From Polyangiales bacterium (GTDB lineage Bacteria > Myxococcota_A > Polyangia > Polyangiales > JADJQN01), in the NCBI GenBank assembly GCA_964202905.1, contig CAXNJO010000004.1, positions 64,001 through 128,000 on the forward strand: a stretch of DNA of 64,000 nt, read 5' to 3'. Both the position numbers and the translations under genes were made by a program. Each line of letters starts with the position of its first letter. Within the stretch, counting starts at the first letter, position 1. The notes beneath the pieces were generated by a model. That model saw nothing but the letters and a program-made list of their open reading frames with translations. It ran no database searches and was not told the DNA's origin. Of the stretch, positions 20,363-29,713 are shown piece after piece.

Positions 20363-21805
20363 TCAGCGACGCGGAGGACCGTTCGCGGGGAGCGCGGCGG
20401 GGAAGGCCGTCTTGCCGAGGCGCGCGCGGAGCTGCGCGGCGATGGCGGGGTTGACCTGCACCGGGCCCGTCGGCGCAGCGGCCTGCGCGGCGGGCTGCGC
20501 GGGTGCGGCTTCGGGGGGCGGCGCGGTAGCCGCCGTCGGCGCGCTCGGATCGACGAAGACGACGCGGCCGAAGCGGTCGAGCGCGTGGAAGTCGCCGACG
20601 CGCGGCGCCGACCAGCCCGCGGCGCGCTGCCCGCTCTCGCGCGCGTCGAGGACGAAGAGGTTCATCGCCCAGACGTCGCCCGATGCGGGCTTCGCGGCCG
20701 GCGGGTTGCCCGCGGCGAAGGCCGCCCAGGGCACCGCCATCTCGACGGTGTATCCCGTGTCGTCTTCGTCATCGTTGAGCGTGCCGCGGCGCTCGACCTG
20801 CGCGCGCACCTGCGAGCTCCACGCGACGTCGCCGAAGGGCTGCGGCTGTCGGCGCGTGTCGTAGCGCGTCTCGAAACTCTGCCCGCTCGGCGCGACCTGG
20901 ATCTCGAAGTAATTCCGGCGGTCGCCGCCCGGATCGAACATCACCTCGACGCAGTCCTGCTCCCAGAGGTGCTCGTCGTGGCGCGTGTGCGTCGCCTTGA
21001 GGAAGTCGTCCTCGACCTCCCAGCCGAGGTAGACGTTGGTGTCGTCCCACGTCATGCGCGCCGTGGACGCGAACTCGACGGGCGCGCCGGTCATGGTGTC
21101 GACGAGGCGTGCGGTGCGCGTCGCCGTCTGCCACGCGGCGTCGTCGAGCTTGCCGTCGATGCGGATCGGGCTGCTCGCCTTCGTCACGCGCAGCGTGGGC
21201 ACGGGCGGCGCGGCCGGCGCGGCCGGGGCGGCGCTGGGCTCGGCGGCGGCGCGCGAGGCGGGCGTGACGTCGATCTGCAAGGCGCGCGCGCGGTTGTCGC
21301 CGTCGCTCGCGCCGCTCGTGATGTGCAGACGGTTCGGGCCGTTCCACATGCCGAGGTAGATGGTCATCGAGGGCGAGGCCCAGTCGGCGGGGAGCGTCAT
21401 CGGCTGCACGTCGCGGATCGTCTCGCCGCGCTTCCACTGGCCGGGCGGGTAGTGCTCGCGCACGAAGCCGACGCCGTCCTGGTTGAGCACGTTCTGGTCG
21501 GCGGCGTTCGCGACGTGCGTGAAGATCCGCCAGCCGTCCTCGAGCGGGCGAACGACCTTCCAGTGCCAGGTCACGGTGAAGGGCTGCCCCGCCTTGACCT
21601 CCGCGGGCTCGAGGTCGTAGCCGACGAGCTTGATCTTCCCCTCGAAGTCGATGTCGAGCGGGTGCGCGGGGCGCGTCGCGGTGGTCGAGACGAGCTGCGA
21701 GAGCTGATCGCGCTCCGCGGCGCTGAGGGAGTTGGACTTCTCCACGCAGCCACCGAGCGCGAGGGCGCAGCAGAGTGACACGGCGCAGTACGTGTGCTTC
21801 TTCAT
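20363..21805 (-). CDS. Lipoprotein with Ig-like domain and CBM9/DOMON-like carbohydrate-binding domain
   Basis: LALGGC lipobox; IRIDGKLDDAAW, WDDTNVY, LWEQDCVEVMFDP, YTVEMAVPW. Confidence 0.8.
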   Translation of the reverse strand: MKKHTYCAVSLCCALALGGCVEKSNSLSAAERDQLSQLVSTTATRPAHPLDIDFEGKIKLVGYDLEPAEVKAGQPFTVTWHWKVVRPLEDGWRIFTHVANAADQNVLNQDGVGFVREHYPPGQWKRGETIRDVQPMTLPADWASPSMTIYLGMWNGPNRLHITSGASDGDNRARALQIDVTPASRAAAEPSAAPAAPAAPPVPTLRVTKASSPIRIDGKLDDAAWQTATRTARLVDTMTGAPVEFASTARMTWDDTNVYLGWEVEDDFLKATHTRHDEHLWEQDCVEVMFDPGGDRRNYFEIQVAPSGQSFETRYDTRRQPQPFGDVAWSSQVRAQVERRGTLNDDEDDTGYTVEMAVPWAAFAAGNPPAAKPASGDVWAMNLFVLDARESGQRAAGWSAPRVGDFHALDRFGRVVFVDPSAPTAATAPPPEAAPAQPAAQAAAPTGPVQVNPAIAAQLRARLGKTAFPAALPANGPPRR

Positions 21806-21843
21806 GTTTTCCTCGGAAAGAAAGTTGTTTCGGGCCGCGGTGC

Positions 21844-23556
21844 CTACTTGCGGGACTTCTTGCGCGCCTTCTTCTGGAGCTTGCGCGCGGCCTTCTTCTT
21901 GGCGTTGTCGCCCGCGGACTTCGGAGGGGGCACGGAGCCCCGCCCCGCCATGCCGGGCATCCCGCCCATGCCGGGCATCCCGCCCATGCCGGGCATCCCG
22001 CCCATGCCGGGCATCCCGCCCATGCTCTGGAGCTGCTGCATCAGGCCAGGCGGAAGCGACGGCATCCCCTTGCCGCCCTTGCCCTCGCCCGCGACGACCG
22101 CCTCGAGCAGCTGGTCGGCGAGGTTCGACATCATCGGGTTGCCCTCGAGGCCGCCCGTCCGCACCGCGTTGCGGAGCTGCCGCCCCATCGCGAGCTGTTT
22201 CATGCCCGGGATCTTCTGGAGGAAGCCCGCCTGCTGGCCGATGTCGCCCATCATCTGCCGCATGAACGTGAACTTCTGCAGGAGTTCGACGACCTCTTCC
22301 GGTTTGCGACCGGAGCCGTTCGCGACGCGCCGGATGCGCGTGGGCTGCTTCTGGAAGAGCTCGGGCTGACGGCGCTCCTCGCGCGTCATCGAGGAGACCA
22401 TCGCCTCGACCTTCTTGAGCTCGCCGTCGTCGAGGTTGACGCCCTCGGGCATCGCCTCGCCGAAGAAGGGCAGCTTCTCGAAGACGTCCTTGAGCGGGCC
22501 CATCTTCTGGATGGTCTTGATCTGCGCGAGGAAGTCCTCGAGCGAGAAGCGGCCCTCGAGCATCCGCTGCGCGTCGACCTCGGCCTTCTCGGCGTCGACG
22601 ACCTGCTCGAAGTCCTTCATCAGGCCGACGACGTCGCCGAAGCCGAGGATGCGCGAGGCCATGCCCTCGGCGCGGAACGCCTCGAGCTTGTCCATGCCCT
22701 CGCCCATGCCGGCGAACTTGATCGGCGCGCCGGTGACCTCCTTGATCGAGAGGGCCGCGCCGCCGCGCGCGTCGCCGTCGAGCTTCGTGAGCGCGACGCC
22801 CGTGAGGCCGAGCCGGTCGTGGAAGGCCTTCGCCGTCTTGACCGAGTCCTGACCGATCATGGCGTCGACGACGAGGAAGACGTTCTGCGGGCGTGTGCTC
22901 GCCTTGATGTCGGCGAGCTCCTGCATGAGCGCTTCGTCGACGGCGAGGCGGCCCGCGGTGTCGAAGATCACCGTGTCGCGCTTGAGCTTGCGCGCGTGCT
23001 CGAGGCCCTTGATGCAGATGTCGAGCGGGTTCCCGCCGGGGATCGCGAAGACGGGGATCTCGAGGCGCTCGCCGAGCACCTGGAGCTGCTCGATCGCGCC
23101 GGGGCGCTGCACATCGGCGGCGACGAGCAGCACCTTCCGCTTCTTGTCGCGCTCGAGCCAGCGCGCGAGCTTCGCGCTGGTGGTCGTCTTACCGCTGCCT
23201 TGGAGGCCAACCATCATGATGGATGTCAAAGCCGGACGCGGCTCGAACTCCACCGCGTGCCCCTCGAACGCCATCATCTGCTGGAGCTCGTCCTGGCAGA
23301 TCTTGATGAAGATCTCGCCGGGGCCGATGCGGACGCGCTGGCCCTTCACCTCGGCGGACGACTTCATCGTCTCGCCGATCGCTTTCTCCTTGACGGTGGC
23401 GAGGAAGCGCTTGACGACGCTGAGCTCGACGTCGGCCTCGAGGAGCGAGAGGCGCACGTCGCGGAGCGCGGGCTCGATGTTGTCGGCGTCGAGCTCCGTG
23501 ACGCCCTGGAAGCGGTTGCGGGCGGCTCGGAAGCCCTTGGTCAGCGTCTCGAACAC
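21844..23556 (-). CDS. ffh: Signal recognition particle protein Ffh
   Basis: LLEADV, GLQGSGKTT, DTAGR, TKLDGDARGGAALS, M domain with R.RRVANGSG. Confidence 0.96.
   Translation of the reverse strand: MFETLTKGFRAARNRFQGVTELDADNIEPALRDVRLSLLEADVELSVVKRFLATVKEKAIGETMKSSAEVKGQRVRIGPGEIFIKICQDELQQMMAFEGHAVEFEPRPALTSIMMVGLQGSGKTTTSAKLARWLERDKKRKVLLVAADVQRPGAIEQLQVLGERLEIPVFAIPGGNPLDICIKGLEHARKLKRDTVIFDTAGRLAVDEALMQELADIKASTRPQNVFLVVDAMIGQDSVKTAKAFHDRLGLTGVALTKLDGDARGGAALSIKEVTGAPIKFAGMGEGMDKLEAFRAEGMASRILGFGDVVGLMKDFEQVVDAEKAEVDAQRMLEGRFSLEDFLAQIKTIQKMGPLKDVFEKLPFFGEAMPEGVNLDDGELKKVEAMVSSMTREERRQPELFQKQPTRIRRVANGSGRKPEEVVELLQKFTFMRQMMGDIGQQAGFLQKIPGMKQLAMGRQLRNAVRTGGLEGNPMMSNLADQLLEAVVAGEGKGGKGMPSLPPGLMQQLQSMGGMPGMGGMPGMGGMPGMGGMPGMAGRGSVPPPKSAGDNAKKKAARKLQKKARKKSRK
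21949..22025 (-). repeat. Perfect 18-bp tandem repeat x4 (plus partial) encoding GGMPGM in the Ffh tail
   Basis: CATGCCGGGCATCCCGCC (plus strand) at 21949, 21967, 21985 and 22003. Confidence 0.95.
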
Positions 23557-23638
23557 TTGGCTACGTCTCCGGAGTTTCGGTGGGCCCGACGTCGCTGCGC
23601 GGCCGGGCTCGCCGGGACGCGCAGGCGCGGTGCGGGGT

Positions 23639-24358
23639 TCAGGGGCAGGTCAATGCGGGGACATCGCCCGCGCCGCTGTACGACGCGGCGCCGCCTCCGT
23701 CGGTGTTGGGGAGGCGCGACAGCTTCGTGCCCGTGATGGCGCCGGCGCAGGCGCCCGACCAGTCGCCGTCCGTCTCCGCGACGCTCTTGCGGCTCGGCGT
23801 GTGCCCCGTGCCCCAGCACACGAAGTCGATCTGCGCGGTTGCGCTGCCGAACGAGCCCGAGGTGTAGAGTGCGATCTCCCCGCCGGCGTTGGTGTCCGAG
23901 AAGCTGCCGGGCCAGGGGATCGAGAGCGAGCCGCGCGCCGGGACCGTGCCCGTGATCGACACGTAGGCGGGCATCGCGCAGAGCTGATAACCCGCGAGGC
24001 TGATGTCGGCCCCCGTGGGATTGAAGAGCGTGATCGTCGCGCCGGGGTCGATCTCCGCGATGAAGACCGTCGAGCCCGTGCAATGCAGCGCAGCGGCCGG
24101 GCCCGCGTCGACGTCACCGCCCGCGTCCACATCCGCGCCTGCGTCGACGTCGCTGCCCGCGTCCACGTCAGCCCCGGCGTCGACGTCACCGCCTGCATCC
24201 ACGTCGCTTCCGGCGTCCGTGTCGCCACCGAGGTCGGTGCCGCCGAGGTCGGCGGGGGGCGTGCCGGAGTCGACGGGCGCGTCGTCGTCGTCGCCGCAGG
24301 CGGCGAGGGAGGCAGCGAGGAGGATCAGCGAGGCGAGGGTGCGAGAGGTGAGAAGCAT
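23639..24358 (-). CDS. Lipoprotein with acidic DAG-repeat linker and lamin-tail-like domain
   Basis: LAASLAAC lipobox; (DVDAGx)n linker; VFIAEID....ITLFNPTGADISLAGYQL is LTD-like. Confidence 0.7.
   Translation of the reverse strand: MLLTSRTLASLILLAASLAACGDDDDAPVDSGTPPADLGGTDLGGDTDAGSDVDAGGDVDAGADVDAGSDVDAGADVDAGGDVDAGPAAALHCTGSTVFIAEIDPGATITLFNPTGADISLAGYQLCAMPAYVSITGTVPARGSLSIPWPGSFSDTNAGGEIALYTSGSFGSATAQIDFVCWGTGHTPSRKSVAETDGDWSGACAGAITGTKLSRLPNTDGGGAASYSGAGDVPALTCP
24100..24230 (-). repeat. Degenerate 18-bp coding repeat (DVDAG[SGA]) x6-7
   Basis: DTDAGSDVDAGGDVDAGADVDAGSDVDAGADVDAGGDVDAG in the translation. Confidence 0.85.
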
Positions 24359-24398
24359 GAGGGCCGAAGGTAGCAGAACGGGCGCGCGCGCAACGCGG

Positions 24399-26606
24399 TC
24401 AGCGGGGGACCGCCACAGGGTCGAGGCTCGTGACCCCTTCGCCCGTGCCGAGCTGCCCGGCCGCGTCGTCACCCCAGCAGAAGGTTTGACCTCCAACGAC
24501 CGCGCAGCCGTGCGTGAAGCCGACGGCGACCGACGTCGCCGCGCCGGGCACGTCGACGGGCACGGGCAGGGGGCCGCGCGCCATCGGGCCCGAGAGCTGC
24601 CCCGCGTCGTTCTTGCCGAGGCAATGCACGGCGCCGTCCATCGTCACGACGCAGGCGTGATCGAAGCCGCCGCCGCTCGTCCGGGCGACGTCGAGCGCGC
24701 CGAGCACCGCGCCCTCGTCGGGCAGGCGCTCACGCGTGCCGCCCGGTCGCAGGCCGAAGCAGCGCAGGCCCTCGTCCCGCGCGAAGCAAGACCAGTCGGC
24801 AGTGAGCACGAGCGCGCGCACGCCTTCCAGCGGGGCCTGCGGCAGCGTGGCCGTGTCGCCCGCGCAGGTGGCCACGCGGCGCGTGTCGACGACGCACGTC
24901 GAGGCGGCGCCCGCCATCAGCGACGTGATCTCGACGTCGGCGAAGACGCGCGTCGGCGCCTCCAGCGAACGCGGACCATCTTCTGTGATGGTGCCGGTCC
25001 CGTTGAAGCCCCAGCAGGATGCGCCGCCGTCGACGTCGAGCGCGCAGGTGTGTGCGTAGCCGAGGCTCACGTGTCGCACGGGTGGCAGGCCCTCGACGCG
25101 GCGGCGGGGTCGCGACGTTCGCGAGCGTTCCGTCGCCGAGCTGCCCGTGGTGGTTTTGGCCCCAGCACCAGAGCACGCCCGCGCGCGTGACGGCGCACGT
25201 CGTGTCGCCGCCCGCCGCGAGCGCGACGACGTCCGACGATGCCGGCGACGCGCTGCGGCGTCGGCGCGGAGCGCGAACGTGCCCGCGCCGAGCTGCCCGC
25301 GCGTGCCGTCGCCCCAGCAGCGCACCGTGCCGTCCGTCGCGAGGTCGCAGGTGTGGCTCGTGCCGCACGCGACCGTGCGCGTGTCGGCAGCGGGCGGGGA
25401 GGGCGCGTTCCCGTCCGGGGCGCAGCCCGTCGCGAGCAAGCCGCAGAGCGAGAGCGCGACGGCGACGACCGCGACGAGCCGTGAGGCGCCGAGCGGCGGC
25501 GGCGCGGGGCGCGGCCAGTCGGGCGTGACGCCGGCTTCGACGAGGCGGTCGTAGAGGTGCGGGTGGGCGCGGGCGCGGCCGGGCATCACGGCGGGCGCGG
25601 CGTTCGCCTCGTAGAGCTGCGCGAGGGCGCGCGCATAGGCGCCGGGATCGACCTCGGCGCCGTGGCCCGCGCGATCGGCCCGCTCTTCCATGCGCCGCGC
25701 GACGGCGCGTGACACGCGCAGCGCGGCGATCATCGCGAGAAAGAGCGCGAGCGCCGTGAGCGGGTGGCCGCCCGCGAGGAGCGGCCGCAGCAGCGTGAGC
25801 GGCGTCAGCGCGAGTGGCGCGAGGGTGCGGATCAGCGCGACCGGGCGAGGCTCCGAGAGGTGCGCGAGCTCGTGCGCGAGCACCGTCGCGAGGGCTTCGT
25901 CGTCGAGCGCGTCGAGCGCGCGCTGCGTCACGCCGACCGCCTGCGCGACCGGCCACGCGAAGGCGTTGGCAGCGTTCAGCGCGAGCGTGTGAACCCGCGG
26001 CGCGGGCCGGCCCGTGCGCGCCGCCGCCTGCGCGACGAGCCCGGCGAGCCGCGGACCGGGCGGCGCCGCCAGACCGAGGGCGCCCGCAAGCCGGAGCGTC
26101 AGGCCGAGCACCGCGGCGATGGCCCCCGCTGCACCGAGCGCGAGCCCGACGGCGCTCCACATGCCGAGCGCGCGCGGCGTGACGAGCGCGATCGCGAGCA
26201 CCAGCAGCAGGTGCGGCCACAGCACGATCAGCTGGCACGCGCGGCCGCGCAGCCACGCGCCGAGCCGCGGCGGATCGGGGAGCCACGCACGCTCGACGGC
26301 GAACGCGGCAGGCAGGCCCGCGAGCCCGCACGCGGAGGCTGCCGCAAGCGCGTGGAGCCCGCTCTCGCGGCGCGCGGCGAGCACCGTCGCGAACGTCGTG
26401 GCGGCCAGGAGCGACGCGGTGCCCACGGCCTGCCGCGCCGCCGCCGCATACCGCGCGCGCTCGACCCAATGCGCGTCACGTCGCGCGCGGCGCGGGCCGA
26501 GCGTGAGCCACGCCGCCAGGGCCGTGGACAGCGCCGTCGCGAGCGCGGCGAGGGCCGCGTCGACGAGGATCCCGAGCAGCCAGTCTCCCGCTCCGAGCGC
26601 TGGCAC
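24399..26606 (-). CDS. M48 (HtpX-like) membrane metallopeptidase fused via an internal lipobox to an RCC1-repeat domain; about 50 codons out of frame between compensating indels
   Basis: ANAFA, VLAHELAH, EERAD, HPHL..RL; then LSLCGLLATGC; then HTC..DGTVRCWG..GQLG repeats. One RCC1 repeat lies in other frames at about 25105-25262. Confidence 0.75.
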   Translation of the reverse strand: MPALGAGDWLLGILVDAALAALATALSTALAAWLTLGPRRARRDAHWVERARYAAAARQAVGTASLLAATTFATVLAARRESGLHALAAASACGLAGLPAAFAVERAWLPDPPRLGAWLRGRACQLIVLWPHLLLVLAIALVTPRALGMWSAVGLALGAAGAIAAVLGLTLRLAGALGLAAPPGPRLAGLVAQAAARTGRPAPRVHTLALNAANAFAWPVAQAVGVTQRALDALDDEALATVLAHELAHLSEPRPVALIRTLAPLALTPLTLLRPLLAGGHPLTALALFLAMIAALRVSRAVARRMEERADRAGHGAEVDPGAYARALAQLYEANAAPAVMPGRARAHPHLYDRLVEAGVTPDWPRPAPPPLGASRLVAVVAVALSLCGLLATGCAPDGNAPSPPAADTRTVACGTSHTCDLATDGTVRCWGDGTRGQLGAGTFALRADAAARRRHRRTSSRSRRAATRRAPSRARACSGAGAKTTTGSSATERSRTSRPRRRVEGLPPVRHVSLGYAHTCALDVDGGASCWGFNGTGTITEDGPRSLEAPTRVFADVEITSLMAGAASTCVVDTRRVATCAGDTATLPQAPLEGVRALVLTADWSCFARDEGLRCFGLRPGGTRERLPDEGAVLGALDVARTSGGGFDHACVVTMDGAVHCLGKNDAGQLSGPMARGPLPVPVDVPGAATSVAVGFTHGCAVVGGQTFCWGDDAAGQLGTGEGVTSLDPVAVPR

Positions 26607-26901
26607 GCGCGGAGCCTAACACCCGTGGACATGGCGCGCGCCGGGGTCCGCGACGCCGCAACGACCCGCGTCGTCTGCCGACGATGCGGCCTCGCTCACA
26701 GCCAGCCGGCTGTCCGTCGGCGCACCGCCCTCCGAACGCGAACCGGGCGCGCGCCCGGCGCGGTGTCGCTCGACGCCCCGCGCACGTCGCCGTCTCCGCA
26801 GAGCGAACGGCCAAGCAGGGGTGCTCGCGGACTCTCCGGGGCCCCGTCGCGTGCGGCGACGCTGCTCGCGCCCGTCAGGGCGCCGTGTTAGTCCGGCCGG
26901 C

Positions 26902-29707
26902 ATGACAGCGCTTCCGCCGGCAGGCGACGATCGCACGCTCTACGTCGTCGATCTCAGCGGCTACGTCTTCCGCGCGTTTCACGCGATCCCGTCGCTCACG
27001 ACCTCGCGCGGCGAGCCGACGAACGCGATCTACGGCGTCGTCGCGATGCTGCTCAAGCTCGTGAAGCAGCAACAGCCGCGCTTGCTCGCCGTCGCGCTCG
27101 ACGGGCGCGGTCCGACGACGCGCCACGGCATGTACGCGGCGTACAAGGCGACGCGCCCGCCCGCGCCGCCCGAGCTCGTTGCGCAGATGGCGCGGCTCAA
27201 GGACGTCATCGACGCGTACGCGATCCCGCTCTACGCGCAGCAGGGCATCGAGGCCGACGACCTCATCGCGACGGTCGTGCGGCGCGCGCGCGCCGAGGGG
27301 CTGCGCGTGGTCGTCGTGAGCGCCGACAAGGACCTCCTGCAGCTCGTCGACGGGGAGGACGTGCTCGTGTGGGACACCATGCGCGACAAGGTCTTCGGTG
27401 AGCCCGAGACGGCCGAGAAGATGGGCGTGCCGCCGCGTCAGGTGCGCGATCTGCTCGCGCTGATGGGCGACACCTCGGACAACATCCCCGGCGTGCCCTC
27501 GGTCGGTCCGAAGACGGCCGCGCAGCTCCTGCACGAGCACGGCGACCTCGACGCGCTGTACGCGCATCTCGACCGCGTCGCGAAGAAGGGGCTCCGGGAG
27601 AAGCTCGAGGCGCACCGCGCGGACGCGATGCTCTCGCGCGACCTCGTGCGGCTCGTCGACGACCTCGCCATCGACTTCGATCCGGCGAAGCTCCACTACG
27701 GCGGCGCGGACGTCGCCAAGCTGCGTGCGCTCTTCACCGAGTTCGAGTTCACGCGGCTCGTCGCGCAGCTCCCGAACGGGGAGGGTGAGGCGACGCCCGC
27801 GACGGTGGGCGCTGCGTCGACGGAGGCGACGGGAGGCCCGAATCCCAGGGGAAATGAGGGCGCTCCACCGCGCACGGCCCCTGCGCACAAGCACGCGGAG
27901 GTCGCGGTGCGCGTGATTCGCGAGGCGGGCGAGTTGCCGGCGCTCGTCGCGGCGCTCGAGGCGGCCGAGGTCTGTCGCCGTGTTCCCCGCGCTCGACGCG
28001 GACGCCACCGCGCGCGCGAGCGCGCTCGTGGGCGTCGCGCTCGCGTACGCGCCGGGCGAGGCGGTGTATCTGCCCTTCGATCACCGCTACCTGGGCGCGC
28101 CCGCGCAGCTCGATCGGGCGGAGACCGTCGCGCTCCTGCGGCCGCTGCTCGAGCGCGCGTCGCTCGCGAAGCTCTCGGCGGATGCGAAGCGCGATGCGCT
28201 CGCGTGGCACGCGCAGGGCGTCGCCGTCGCAGGGATCACCTTCGACACGATGCTCGCGAGCTACCTCGTCGACCCGGAGCAGCACGGTCACACGCTGCCC
28301 GAGGTCGCGCAGGCCGAGCTTGGCGTCGCGCTCACGGCGTGGGACGTGCTCACCGAGAAGCAGCGCGGCTCGCAGCGCACGCTGCCGGAGGTCGCGCTCG
28401 AGAAGGTGGCCGACTGGGCGGGGCGCAGCGCGGCCGCGATTCGCGAGGCGACCGAGACGCTCGGAGCGAAGCTGCGCGTGCACGCGCTGATGCCCCTCTT
28501 CACCGGGCTCGAGCTGCCGCTCGCGGGCTGGCTCGCGGTGATCGAGCGCGAGGGCGTGCTGCTCGATCTCGCGACGCTGGCCGAGCTCTCGAAGCAGGCG
28601 GGCGAAGAACTCGCCGTGCTCGAGGCCCGCTGCCGCGAGCTCGCGGGCGGCAAGACGTGGAACCTCGCCTCGCCGCGCCAGCTCGAGACGGTGCTCTTCG
28701 ACGAGCTCGGCCTGCGCGTCGTCAAGCGCACCAAGACGGGGCGCTCGACGGATCACGACGTGCTCGAAGAGCTCGCCGCCGAGCACCCGCTCCCCGCGCT
28801 CGTGCTCGAGCACCGCGCGCTCGCGAAGCTGAAGGGCACGTACCTCGACGCCTTCCCGCGGCTCGTCGACGCGGGCGGCCGCATCCACACCCGCTACAAC
28901 CAGGCCGTCGCGGCGACGGGCCGGCTCTCGTCGAGCGAGCCGAACTTGCAGAACATCCCCGTGAAGACCGCCTTCGGGCGCCGCATCCGCGAGGCCTTCG
29001 TCGCGCCGCTGGGCGCGCTCATCCTCGCGGCCGACTACTCGCAGATCGAGCTGCGCGTGCTCGCGCACCTGAGCCGCGACGCCGAGCTGCTCGACGCCTT
29101 CCGCACGGGCGACGACGTGCACGTGCGGACGGCGAAGGCGCTCTTCGACGTCGAGGCGGCGGAGGTCACGCGCGAGCAGCGCGGCCGCGCGAAAACCGTG
29201 AACTTCGCGGTGATCTACGGGCAGACGGAGACGGCGCTCGCGCGGAACCTGAAGATCGAGCGCGCCGAGGCCGCGCGCTACATCGAGGCCTTCTTCACGC
29301 GCTACGCGGGCGTGCGGCGCTTCCTCGACGAGGTGGTGCGCGAGGCACGCGAGACGGGCGAGGTGCGCACGCTGCTCGGGCGGCGCCGCCTCGTGCCGGA
29401 CCTCGCCAGCTCGAACCGCACCGTGCGCTTCGCGGCCGAGCGCGTCGCGCGCAACACGCCCATCCAGGGCACGAGCGCCGACATCCTCAAGCGCGCGATG
29501 GTCACGATCTGCGAGCGCATGCGCGAGGCGCGCGTCGAGAGCCGGATGCTGCTCACCGTGCACGACGAACTCATCTTCGAGGTCCCGCGCGACGAGCAAG
29601 AGCCGATGACGAAGCTCGTGCGCACCGCGATGGAGGGCGCCATCGCCCTCGAGGTGCCGCTGCTGGTCGACGTCGGCTGCGGCCCGAACTGGGGCGCCGC
29701 GCACTGA
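26902..29707 (+). CDS. polA: DNA polymerase I, with a +1 frameshift near 27973
   Basis: 5'-3' exonuclease motifs (YVFRAFHA, EADD, DKDL, GDTSDNIPGV) in the first frame. Polymerase motifs (TGRLSSSEPNLQNIP, DYSQIELR, AKTVNFAVIYG, VHDEL) in the frame starting 27974/27980. Confidence 0.93.
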
Positions 29708-29713
29708 TCGCGG

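Noticed and set aside
23557..23638. SRP RNA or other ncRNA next to ffh
   Set aside because: No SRP domain IV consensus was recognisable. No tRNA or rRNA signature was seen anywhere in the window.
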